The notes beneath the pieces were generated by a model, which was not told the origin of the DNA, searched no databases, and saw nothing but the letters and a program-made list of their open reading frames with translations. DNA of 64,000 nucleotides, from sequence record OP902294.1; one strand, 5' to 3'. Source of the DNA: Staphylococcus phage BSwM-KMM1. Shown in pieces: positions 1 through 9,200 of this stretch (the first letter of the stretch is position 1; each line of letters begins with the position of its first letter). Made by a program: the position numbers and the translations under genes.

Positions 1-102
1 AGTTAATGGAAATAATTTCTCTAAAACAACCTTGAAAAATGTTAAACAATTAATGAATTGGAAAATGAAAAACTTAACTTAAAAGGAAAGAGGAATTACT
101 AA

Positions 103-939
103 ATGGCAATAACATCAGTTGATTCATATTTATTATCAGAAATAAAGCCTAGACTGAACACTGTGCTAGAGAATTGTTATATTATAGATGAAGTTTTAAA
201 AGACTTTGATTATCAAACTAGAGAGAGTTTTAAAGAAGCTTTCTGTGGTAAGAATGCACAACATGAAGTAACTGTAGGATTTAACTTCCCAAAATTTAAA
301 AATAACTATGAAGCTCATTACTTGATACAATTAGGTCAAGGACAAGAGACAAAAAACTCTTTAGGGAGTATTCAGTCATCTTACTTTGAGGCAACAGGAG
401 ATACCTTAGTCGAATCTTCTACAGCAGTAAGAGAAGATGATAAGTTAGTTTTTACTGTTTCTAAACCAATAGGAGAGTTAATAAAAGTAGAGGATATAGA
501 GTTTGCCAAGTATGACAATCTTAAAGTAGAAGGTAATAAAATTTATTTTAGATACCAATCTAACGAGGATTATGAAAATTACAATGCAAACATTATATTT
601 ACTGAAAAGAAAAATGATTCTAAAGGTTTAGTAAAAGGGTTTACAGTTGAAGAGCAAGTAACAGTTGTTGGTTTATCATACAATGTAGATGTTGCAAGAT
701 GCTTAGATGCTGTACTAAAAATGATTTTAATATCTATGAGAGATAGTATAGAAGAGCAACAAACCTTCCAATTACAAAACCTCTCTTTTGGTGATATAGC
801 TCCAATCATAGAAGAAGGAGACTCAATGATTTTTGGTAGACCAACAATTATTAGGTACACAAGTTCTTTAGATTTGGATTACACTATTACACAAGATATT
901 AATAAGCTAACTTTTAAAGAAAGAAAGGATTGGAAGTAG
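103..939 (+). CDS. hypothetical virion protein encoded immediately upstream of the tail sheath gene
   Basis: 278-aa ORF with a purine-rich RBS (AAAAGGAAAGAGG) upstream. Its position just 5' of the sheath gene is conserved in Twort-like structural modules. No recognisable catalytic motifs. Confidence 0.45.
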   Translation: MAITSVDSYLLSEIKPRLNTVLENCYIIDEVLKDFDYQTRESFKEAFCGKNAQHEVTVGFNFPKFKNNYEAHYLIQLGQGQETKNSLGSIQSSYFEATGDTLVESSTAVREDDKLVFTVSKPIGELIKVEDIEFAKYDNLKVEGNKIYFRYQSNEDYENYNANIIFTEKKNDSKGLVKGFTVEEQVTVVGLSYNVDVARCLDAVLKMILISMRDSIEEQQTFQLQNLSFGDIAPIIEEGDSMIFGRPTIIRYTSSLDLDYTITQDINKLTFKERKDWK

Positions 940-940
940 G

Positions 941-1153
941 ATGGCTAGAAAAAGACACCTGAAAATAACACTCCTAAATTTAATGGTTATGTTCATATAG
1001 ATACATTCCTTGATACTGCAAAAACCCTTTTAACATGAAGGAGTCACAGGTAGCAGGATTTAAAGCCTATATGGAAGGTAGTCATTATTTGTTTAGTGAG
1101 CAAGAGTTCTTACCTTCATTAGAGAAATACCTAGGTAGGAAATTAGATATATA
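941..1153 (+). CDS. small hypothetical protein; frame is only continuous if two 1-nt indels are assumed
   Basis: ATG at 941 (MARKK...). Coding-like triplet periodicity continues to about 1153 across two frame changes. Weak call. Confidence 0.2.
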
Positions 1154-1180
1154 ATAACATTCAGATAAGGAGAATTAAAT

Positions 1181-2992
1181 ATGGCAGTAGAACCATTCCC
1201 AAGAAGACCTATTACCCGCCCACATACATCTATTGAAGTAGATTCATCAGGTATCGGTGGTTCAGCAGGGTCTAGTGAAAAAGTTTTATGTCTTATCGGA
1301 CAAGCTGAAGGCGGAACACCAAATGAAGTCGTTAAATTACGTAACTATGCACAAGCTAAAAGATATTTCCGTTCAGGAGAATTATTAGATGCAATTGAAT
1401 TAGCATGGGGTTCAAACCCTACTTATACAGCAGGTAAAATTTTAGCTATGCGTATTGAAGATGCTAAACCTGCTTCAGTAGAAGCCGGTGGATTAAAAAT
1501 TACATCTCAAGTACACGGTAACGTTGCTAATAACATCCAAGTAGGACTAGAAAAGAATACACTAAGTGATTCTTTACGTTTAAGACTAGTTTTCCAGGAA
1601 GACCGTGTAAACGAAGTTTATGATAACATCGGTAATATCTTCACAATTAAGTATACAGGTGACCAAGAGAGTGCAACTTTCTCTGTAGAACACGATGAAG
1701 AAACTCAAAAAGCAAGTCGTTTAGTATTAAAAGTAGCAGACCAAGAAGTTAAATCTTATGACTTAACTAGTGGTGCTTATGATTATACTAACGCTATTAT
1801 AACAGATATTAACCAACTACCTGATTTCGAAGCTAAATTATCACCTTTCGGAGATAAAAATTTAGAATCTAATAAATTAGACAAAGTAACAGATGTTGAC
1901 GTTAAAGATAAAGCTGTTTATGTAAAAGCTGTTTTCGGAGACTTACAAAAACAAACAGCATACAATAGTCTTGTAACTTTTGAACAACTTACTACAGAAG
2001 GTCAAGTCCCAAGTGATGTAGTAGTAGAACCTGGGGAAGAATCAGCAGAAGTAACTGCTACTTCACCTATTCAAACTATCGAACCTTTTGAGTTGACAAA
2101 ACTACAAGGTGGTACTAATGGAGAACCACCGGCTTCATGGGCAGATAAATTAGATAAATTTGCTCATGAAGGTGGATACTACATCGTACCATTATCAGCT
2201 AAACAATCAGTTCATGCAGAGGTATCAGCGTTTGTTAAAGAACGTTCAGACTCAGGAGAACCAATGAGAGCTATTGTTGGTGGAGGATTTAATGAGTCTA
2301 AAGAACAGTTGTTTGGTAGACAAGCATCATTATCTAACCCTCGTGTATCATTAGTAGCTAACTCAGGTACATTCGTTATGGACGATGGACGTAAGAACCA
2401 TGTTCCTGCTTATATGGTAGCAGTAGCATTAGGTGGACTTGCAAGTGGTTTAGAGATTGGTGAATCAATTACTTTCAAACCATTACGTGTAAGCTCATTA
2501 GACCAAGTATACGAGTCAATTGATTTAGATGAGTTAAATGAAAATGGTATTATTAGTATCGAGTTTGTTCGTAACCGTACTAATACATTCTTCAGAATTG
2601 TTGATGACGTAACTACATTCAACGATAAGACAGACCCAGTTAAAGCTGAAATGGCTGTCGGAGAAGCTAATGACTTCTTAGTAACTGAGCTTAAAATACA
2701 GCTTGAAGACCAATTTATTGGTACTCGTACTATCAATACAAGTGCTTCAATCATTAAAGACTTTATCCAATCTTACTTGGGTCGTAAGAAACGTGATAAT
2801 GAAATTCAAGACTTCCCTGCTGAAGACGTACAAGTTATTGTTGAAGGTAACGAAGCAAGAATTTCAATGACAGTTTACCCAATCAGAAGCTTCAAGAAAA
2901 TTTCTGTTAGCTTGGTTTACAAGCAACAAACATTAGAAGCCTATCTAGGTTACGGAGTACCTAGATTGGGTACTCCTATTAATATAATTTGA
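1181..2992 (+). CDS. tail sheath protein
   Basis: 603-aa ORF. The N-terminus MAVEPFPRRPITRPHTSIEVDSSGIGG matches my recollection of the Twort-like/phage K and A511 sheath N-terminus. Typical size and position directly upstream of the tail tube gene. RBS AAGGAG. Confidence 0.9.
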   Translation: MAVEPFPRRPITRPHTSIEVDSSGIGGSAGSSEKVLCLIGQAEGGTPNEVVKLRNYAQAKRYFRSGELLDAIELAWGSNPTYTAGKILAMRIEDAKPASVEAGGLKITSQVHGNVANNIQVGLEKNTLSDSLRLRLVFQEDRVNEVYDNIGNIFTIKYTGDQESATFSVEHDEETQKASRLVLKVADQEVKSYDLTSGAYDYTNAIITDINQLPDFEAKLSPFGDKNLESNKLDKVTDVDVKDKAVYVKAVFGDLQKQTAYNSLVTFEQLTTEGQVPSDVVVEPGEESAEVTATSPIQTIEPFELTKLQGGTNGEPPASWADKLDKFAHEGGYYIVPLSAKQSVHAEVSAFVKERSDSGEPMRAIVGGGFNESKEQLFGRQASLSNPRVSLVANSGTFVMDDGRKNHVPAYMVAVALGGLASGLEIGESITFKPLRVSSLDQVYESIDLDELNENGIISIEFVRNRTNTFFRIVDDVTTFNDKTDPVKAEMAVGEANDFLVTELKIQLEDQFIGTRTINTSASIIKDFIQSYLGRKKRDNEIQDFPAEDVQVIVEGNEARISMTVYPIRSFKKISVSLVYKQQTLEAYLGYGVPRLGTPINII

Positions 2993-3015
2993 ATACTTTA
3001 GGAGAGTGAATACAG

Positions 3016-3443
3016 ATGGCATCAGAAGCTAAACAAACCGTCCATACTGGTAATACCGTCTTACTTATGATTAAAGGTAAACCGGTAGGAAGAGCACAAT
3101 CAGCATCAGGTACTCGTGAATACGGTACAACTGGTGTATACGAAATCGGTTCTATCATGCCTCAAGAACACGTATACTTACGTTATGAAGGTACAATTAC
3201 AGTAGAACGTTTACGTATGAAAAAGAAAACTTTGCAGATTTAGGATATGCTTCACTAGGTGAAGAAATTCTTAAGAAAGATATCATTGATATTTTAGTAG
3301 TAGATAACTTAACTAAACAAGTTATCATTAGTTACCACGGATGTAGTGCTAACAATTATAATGAGACTTGGCAGACAAATGAAATCGTAACAGAAGAAAT
3401 TGAGTTTAGTTACTTGACAGCAAGTGACAAAGCACGTACTTAA
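3016..3443 (+). CDS. tail tube protein (reading frame broken by a 1-nt deficit in an A-run near 3222-3228)
   Basis: The N-terminal 75 aa MASEAKQTVHTGNTVLLMIKGKPVG... stop prematurely after ATGAAAAAG. The next frame continues DLGYASLGEEILKKDIIDILVVDNLTKQVIISYHGCSANNYNETWQTNEIVTEEIEFSYLTASDKART to the TAA at 3441-3443. Together this gives a tube protein of about 142 aa. Confidence 0.8.
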
Positions 3444-3450
3444 TATATTA

Positions 3451-3477
3451 GACCAACTAAAAAAGTTGGTCTTTTTT
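3451..3477 (+). terminator. rho-independent terminator
   Basis: Perfect 8-bp stem GACCAACT/AGTTGGTC with an AAAAA loop, followed by TTTTTT. Sits immediately after the tail tube stop. Confidence 0.75.
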
Positions 3478-3478
3478 A

Positions 3479-3507
3479 TTGACAATATGAAAATTAAATG
3501 CTACTAT
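3479..3507 (+). promoter_or_regulatory. sigma-A-like promoter (TTGACA, 17-bp spacer, TACTAT with upstream TGC)
   Basis: TTGACA at 3479-3484 directly abutting the terminator. This is part of the 39-bp cassette repeated at 57488-57526. Confidence 0.5.
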
Positions 3508-3538
3508 AAGAATATCAAATAAAAAGGAGATGTACTAA

Positions 3539-3679
3539 GTGGCAAATAAAAGAAAAACAATAGGTAAAATGAGTAATACCAGGGCAACATGGAATATTAA
3601 CCCTGTAACTAAAGTTAAGAAAGATAAAACTAAATATTCTAGAAAAAATAAGCATAAAGGTATTGACAACTATAATTAA
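3539..3679 (+). CDS. small, very basic 46-aa protein (MANKRKTIGKMSNTRATWNINPVTKVKKDKTKYSRKNKHKGIDNYN)
   Basis: GTG start 8 nt after AGGAGA. Lies between two consensus promoters. Not in the ORF track because it is under 60 aa. Confidence 0.3.
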   Translation: MANKRKTIGKMSNTRATWNINPVTKVKKDKTKYSRKNKHKGIDNYN

Positions 3680-3691
3680 ATACAGTATACT
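3663..3691 (+). promoter_or_regulatory. sigma-A-like promoter TTGACA-N17-TATACT
   Basis: Exact TTGACA (3663-3668), 17-bp spacer, TATACT (3686-3691). About 30 nt upstream of the 3722 ORF, which has RBS AAGGAGGGGG. Confidence 0.6.
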
Positions 3692-3721
3692 AAGAGTATA
3701 ACAAATAAGGAGGGGGATTAT

Positions 3722-4174
3722 ATGACTACATTTTGGTCAAAAAGAAGAACAACTGGTAAACATAGACAAGTAAAGAAACATTATACTCAAATGACTTTAC
3801 AGGAAAAGAAACAATGTGTTAAACTATTACAAGATACAGTTAATACACACAAATATTTAGAACTATCAAGTCATTGTAAAACTAAAATTAAAAATGAAAT
3901 TAATTTCAGTAAGTTAGTAGGATTTATATTCAAGAGTAATAACGCACCATTTAATATTATTGAATATAATATTACAGACTTCCATGGGGAAAAACAAAGA
4001 AGAATAATTTTTAAAAGTCCTACTATTGTAACTATAGAAGGAGTAAGTAGTTATCAGTATTTAGTTATTAACTTAGAAGATGGTACAATAATAACTACAT
4101 ACTATAATGGTATTACAGATACACATAAAACATTAGATTTATATTATTATGATAAAGGCTTGACAATTCAATAA
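3722..4174 (+). CDS. hypothetical protein
   Basis: 150-aa ORF with a strong RBS. No recognisable motifs. Confidence 0.5.
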   Translation: MTTFWSKRRTTGKHRQVKKHYTQMTLQEKKQCVKLLQDTVNTHKYLELSSHCKTKIKNEINFSKLVGFIFKSNNAPFNIIEYNITDFHGEKQRRIIFKSPTIVTIEGVSSYQYLVINLEDGTIITTYYNGITDTHKTLDLYYYDKGLTIQ

Positions 4175-4186
4175 GGAGGAATTATA

Positions 4187-4258
4187 ATGGATAATATTAA
4201 AGGAATAATTGTAACAACAACATGTGCAAACTTTAAAGAGGGGAATTTTAATTATTAA
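4187..4258 (+). CDS. 23-codon small ORF (MDNIKGIIVTTTCANFKEGNFNY)
   Basis: ATG 6 nt after AAGGAGGA, an excellent RBS. Overlaps the start of the 4224 ORF in another frame, so it could be the true N-terminus of that gene if an indel is present. Confidence 0.25.
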   Translation: MDNIKGIIVTTTCANFKEGNFNY

Positions 4259-4427
4259 TAAAGACTCAACTAGTCTCCCTTTAGAGGAAGCTTTAGATAG
4301 AATAGAGATAGGTTTAGAAACTAATAGTAATATTAAATTGCCTCACAGAGACAATAAAGGATACTCAATAATTTTACCTAGTTCTATCGTAGGGTATGAT
4401 GTTCATATAGAAGAGGAGGGGTTATAA
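4224..4427 (+). CDS. hypothetical protein
   Basis: 67-aa ORF. The M in the track is a GTG. Weak. Confidence 0.35.
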   Translation: MQTLKRGILIINKDSTSLPLEEALDRIEIGLETNSNIKLPHRDNKGYSIILPSSIVGYDVHIEEEGL

Positions 4428-4621
4428 TAGGTATTACAGTAGTTAATATATATTTTATTCTATCGAGTATCTTATTTATCGTATTAAGTATATTAAACGG
4501 TAAAGGTACAGTTACTAAGGAATCACTAGCTATGAGTAAAGCTTTAATGGTAATAACAGCAGTTCAATTTTTAGCATTTTTAATTATTAATGGTATTTAT
4601 TACTCATTAAAATATATGTAA
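4421..4621 (+). CDS. candidate small two-TM membrane protein with no canonical start codon in frame
   Basis: Open frame encoding ...GITVVNIYFILSSILFIVLSILNGKGTVTKESLAMSKALMVITAVQFLAFLIINGIYYSLKYM. It follows GGAGGGG at 4414-4420. The only in-frame ATG is at 4543. Confidence 0.2.
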   Translation, partial: VIIGITVVNIYFILSSILFIVLSILNGKGTVTKESLAMSKALMVITAVQFLAFLIINGIYYSLKYM

Positions 4622-4629
4622 TAAAAGTA

Positions 4630-4658
4630 TTGACAAATTAAAACTAATAAATTATAAT
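4630..4658 (+). promoter_or_regulatory. sigma-A-like promoter TTGACA-N17-TATAAT
   Basis: Perfect consensus hexamers (4630-4635 and 4653-4658) upstream of the 4683 ORF. Confidence 0.65.
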
Positions 4659-4682
4659 AAAGGTATAACAAATTAAAGGAGA

Positions 4683-5003
4683 ATGATAATTATGGCACAA
4701 GATAAATTAAGAGCAGTTTACGAAGAGATGAAAGTAGAATTACACAAATTCCCGAAAGAGATTGATGTAACAAGTAAATCAACAGCAATTGCAATCAATC
4801 AGATTTTAGATAAATTCAAAAAATTAACAGAGCAAGCAGGTAAAATTACTAAAAAGTATTTAGAAGGTCAAGAGATTTTAACAATCAACTATGAGTACTA
4901 CGATTCTTTAAATGAATACTACGTTTATTTATTAAGAAATAGTGATAAGATTAAACAAAGTTTAGAGGAGATTTTAACAAGCACAGAGAAATACGTAAAG
5001 TAA
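4683..5003 (+). CDS. hypothetical protein
   Basis: 106-aa ORF with RBS AAGGAGAATG. Predicted helical and charged. Confidence 0.5.
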   Translation: MIIMAQDKLRAVYEEMKVELHKFPKEIDVTSKSTAIAINQILDKFKKLTEQAGKITKKYLEGQEILTINYEYYDSLNEYYVYLLRNSDKIKQSLEEILTSTEKYVK

Positions 5004-5005
5004 TT

Positions 5006-5033
5006 TTGATTTAAAAACAAAATATGCTATACT
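5006..5033 (+). promoter_or_regulatory. sigma-A-like promoter TTGATT-N16-TATACT
   Basis: Lies directly after the 4683 ORF stop and upstream of the 5044-5100 hairpin. Confidence 0.45.
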
Positions 5034-5043
5034 ATATTTAAAG

Positions 5044-5074
5044 TAGTAAGCCTACACTAGTCCGTGTTATATTA
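5044..5074 (+). promoter_or_regulatory. candidate late promoter TAGTAA-N18-TGTTATATTA
   Basis: Member of the recurring motif class (see findings). Embedded in the loop of an imperfect hairpin formed by 5049-5056 AAGCCTAC and 5092-5099 GTAGGCTT. Confidence 0.4.
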
Positions 5075-5209
5075 ATAATGAATCGGATAAGCGTAGGCTT
5101 TATTAATATTTAAAAAGGAAGGTACATCATATTATGGCTGAAGAAATTAAAAAGAACAAGAAGTACAAGAGCAAGAAACTACGAAAGAAGATAAAAAGAT
5201 GTTAGTAAA

Positions 5210-5596
5210 ATGACACCTGAAGAAATAGATGAATTAAAATATCAAGATAGAAAAGAAAAAGAAAAAGTTATTAACAAAGTTATCAAAGGTGTTAATGATA
5301 CTTGGGAAAAAGAGTATAACTTCGAAGAATTAGATTTAAGATTTAAAGTTAAAATTAAATTACCTAATGCACGAGAACAAGGTAACATCTTTGCATTACG
5401 TTCTGCTTACTTAGGTGGTATGGATATGTACCAAACAGACCAAGTAATTAGAGCTTACCAAATGTTAGCTACATTACAAGAGGTAGGTATTGAAGTTCCT
5501 AAAGAATTCCAAGACCCTGACGAAATTTATAACTTATATCCTTTAACTGTTATGTATGAAGATTGGTTAGGTTTCCTAAACTCCTTTCGTTACTAA
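5210..5596 (+). CDS. hypothetical protein; possibly the first of a tail-assembly chaperone pair
   Basis: 128-aa ORF with no good RBS of its own. A well-RBSed ATG at 5134 (AAGGAAGG) opens a 23-codon frame, MAEEIKK.... With one extra A in the run at 5148-5152 this becomes a 26-codon ORF ending in a TGA that overlaps this ATG (ATGA). Confidence 0.4.
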   Translation: MTPEEIDELKYQDRKEKEKVINKVIKGVNDTWEKEYNFEELDLRFKVKIKLPNAREQGNIFALRSAYLGGMDMYQTDQVIRAYQMLATLQEVGIEVPKEFQDPDEIYNLYPLTVMYEDWLGFLNSFRY

Positions 5597-5639
5597 TAGT
5601 ATAGAAACACTAGATAAAGATATAGAACGTTTAGGTGGA

Positions 5640-6176
5640 ATGCAGTCCATTGTTAAACAACCTTTATCTAGGAATCTTTGGGCTATTATGAAAGAGTTTA
5701 ATGTGTTACCTACCGAACAAAGATTTAAGGACTTAGATGACTATCAAATAGAGTTTATAATTGGTAACATGAACAGAGATGTTTATGAGTATAATAAACA
5801 ACTTAAACAAGCTCAAAAAGGTGGAAAATACGACAGTCAATTCGAAGATGATGATAATAGTTGGTGGAATGAATCTCATGAAGACTTTGACCCAGTACCT
5901 GATTTCTTAGACGCAGAGGACTTAGCACAACAGATGGAAGCTAAATTATCTGATAGAGATAAGGAAGAAAGAGCTAAGAGAAATGATGCAGAGTTAAATG
6001 ATGAAACAGAAGGACTTACTACACAACATCTTGCTATGATGGAATACATTAGAAGAAAGCAAGAAGAGTTAGATGATGAAGTAGGAAACGGTAAGACTAG
6101 TGAAGACGATGCTACTATATCACAGGATAGCGTTAATAAAGCATTAGAAGATTTAGATGATGATTGGTATATGTAA
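5640..6176 (+). CDS. acidic protein, putative tail assembly chaperone
   Basis: 178 aa and very acidic (DDDNSWWNESHEDFDPVPDFLDAEDL..., EDLDDDWYM C-terminus). Lies immediately upstream of the tape-measure gene, the canonical chaperone position. Confidence 0.35.
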   Translation: MQSIVKQPLSRNLWAIMKEFNVLPTEQRFKDLDDYQIEFIIGNMNRDVYEYNKQLKQAQKGGKYDSQFEDDDNSWWNESHEDFDPVPDFLDAEDLAQQMEAKLSDRDKEERAKRNDAELNDETEGLTTQHLAMMEYIRRKQEELDDEVGNGKTSEDDATISQDSVNKALEDLDDDWYM

Positions 6177-6226
6177 AGGGTGGTAGGTGATACTACCATC
6201 CTTATTTTTTAAATGGATGGTGAATA

Positions 6227-9200
6227 ATGATGGCAATGAATGACGATTATAGATTGGTCTTATCCGGTGATAGTTCAGATTTAGAGAATAGTCTGAAGGC
6301 TATAGAACTTTATATGGACTCTTTAGAGGCTAAAGATATTGATGCCCCTTTAGATAATTTCTTGAAGAAATTAAAAGTAATTGCTAAAGAAGTTAAAAAT
6401 GTACAGAATGCAATGGATAAACAGGAAGGTAAATCTGTAGTATCTGCTAAAGATATGGATGAGACCATTAAATCTACTCAATCTGCTACGAAACAAATAA
6501 ATGAGTTGCAGAAAGCTTTAGACGACCTTCAAAAAGAAAATATATCTAAAGGTATAGCACCTGACCCTGAAGTTGAAAAAGCATACGCTAAGATGAACAA
6601 AGTTGTTAAAGAGACTAGTGAAAATCTTAGTAATATGTCTAACCAAAAAATAGGTTCGGATGCTAGTATTCAAAATAGAATTAAAGAACAGAAAGTATTA
6701 AATAAAGTAACTGAAGAATACAATAAAATAAGTAAAGACTCTAGTTCTACCCAAGATTATACTAAAAGACTAAGAGCTAATCGTAACATGACTAGAGGGT
6801 ACATGGAACGTTCAGAAGGAACAGGACGTTTAACGTATGACCAAGGAGCAAGAGTTAGAAGTGAATTAGGTAAGGTAGATTCTTATGAAAGTCAAAGAAA
6901 ACAAAACCAACGTAACTTAACACAAGCAAGAGAACAGTATAGTAACTACGGAAATCAACAACAAGATTTGACGAAACGAAGAGCTAATGGTCAAATTAAT
7001 AAAGCCCAATATGAGCAAGAACTAGCTTCTATTAAACAAGAAATGAAAGCTAGAGAAGAACTTATAACTAACTATGAGAAATTAGGGGCTGAACTAGATA
7101 AAACTATTCAGTACTATAAAGGCTCAGTTCAGAAAGATTTTCAAACTAGAGATGTAGACCAACAACGAGGAACATTCGGTAGAATGGTTCAAGAGCGTTT
7201 ACCATCTATTGGTTCTCATGCTATGATGGGTACGACTGCCATGGCTACAGGTTTATATATGAAGGGTGCTTCATTAAGTGAGACAAATAGACCAATGGTT
7301 ACATCATTAGGTCAAAATTCAGACAATATGGATATAGATTCTGTAAGAAATGCATATGGGGACTTGTCAATTGATAACAAGTTAGGTTATAATAGTACTG
7401 ACATGTTGAAAATGGCTACTTCATATGAATCTTCTGTAGGACATAAAAGTGATGCGGAAACGGAAGCAGGAGCTAAACAACTTGCAATAGGGGGTCGTTC
7501 ATTAGGAATACAAGACCAAGAAGCTTACCAAGAGTCTATGGGTCAAATAATGCATACTGGTGGAGTAAATTCCGATAACATGAAGGAGATGCAAGATGCA
7601 TTCCTAGGTGGGATTAAACAATCAGGTATGGTTGGTCGTCAAGATGAACAACTTAAAGCATTAGGTTCTATAGCTGAGCAATCAGGAGAAGGAAGAACTT
7701 TAACTAAAGACCAAATGAGTAATCTTACCGCTATACAATCTACTTTTGCAGAGTCAGGAAGTAAAGGATTACAAGGTGAACAAGGTGCCAATGCTATTAA
7801 TAGTATAGACCAAGGACTTAAAAATGGTATGGATAGTTCTTATGCTCGTATAGCAATGGGATGGGGAACACAATACCAAGGTCTTGAAGGTGGATACGAT
7901 TTACAAAAACGTATGGATGAAGGAATATCTAATCCTGAAAACTTGACAGATATGTCTGATATGGCTACTCAAATGGGTGGCAGTGAAAAAGAACAAAAAT
8001 ACCTATTTAATAGAAGTATGAAAGAGATAGGTGCCAACCTTACTATGGAGCAATCTGATGAAATATTTAAAGATGCTCAATCCGGAAAACTATCTAAAGA
8101 AGAGTTAGCTAAAAAGCTAAGAAAATGGAAGAAGAAGGTAGTAAAGAAGGGAAGATAATGCCACTGATTATAAAGAATCTAAGTCAGGTAAAAATGACCA
8201 AAATAAAGCTAAGACCGATGATAAAGCAGAGGATACTTATGATATAGCCCAACCACTTAGAGATGCTCACAGTGCCCTGGCAGGTTTACCTGCACCTGTA
8301 TATCTAGCAATAGGTGCAATAGGGGCATTTACAGCTTCATTAATTGCATCAGCAGGTCAATTCGGAGCCGGACATCTAATTGGTAAAGGTGCTAAAGGCA
8401 TGAGAAACAAATGGAATGATAGAAAAGGAGGTAACTCAGGAGGCGGGATTGCTCCTGGCGGAGGCTCTCCTAAAGGAGGCGGGTCTCCTAAAGGTGGGGG
8501 AACTCGTTCTACAGGTGGTAAAATTCTCGATGGTGCTAAAGGATTAGGAGGATTCCTAATTGGAGCAGGGGTACTAGAGGAGCTAAAGATACCACTAAAA
8601 AGCTTTTGAAGGTACTAAAAAGTATTTAATAGAGATAATGGTAGAAAAGCTATGGATAAATCTAAAGATATAGCTAAAGGTACTGGTAGCGGGCTTAAAG
8701 ATTTATATAGTGGTAGTATACTAGGTAAAGAAAGAAGACAGAACCTAGGAGAGAAAGCTAAAGGACTATACGGTAAATTTGCTGATAAGTTTGGTGATGG
8801 AAGTAAAAATGGTATTCTATCACAATCACCTAACGCAGGAGGTAGTGGAATAGGTAAGTTAGGAAAACTTGCCGGAGGATTAGGAAAAGGTGCAGGACTC
8901 TTAGGAGTTGGAGCATCCGCACTATCTCTTATACCTGCTCTAGCATCAGGAGACGATAAAGCTATAGGCAAAGGCGTAGGCTCTATGGGTGGCGGAATGG
9001 CAGGTGCATCCGCAGGAGCTTCTATAGGAGCACTATTCGGAGGAGTAGGCGCAGTACCTGGAGCTTTAATAGGAGGAGCTGTCGGTTCTATCGGTGGAGG
9101 AGCTGTCGGTGAAAAAGTCGGAGATATGGCTAAAAGTGCAAACACTAAAGATGGGTGGAAATTATGGTCTAATGGAGACAAAGACGGTAAGAATAAATTC

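Noticed and set aside
5046-5100. tRNA or other structured RNA gene at the imperfect hairpin (also checked 63440-63500)
   Set aside because: No cloverleaf can be drawn and there are no GTTCRANYC T-loop or anticodon-arm features. The stems are better explained as terminator/promoter-embedding hairpins. I found no tRNA-like sequence elsewhere in the window either.
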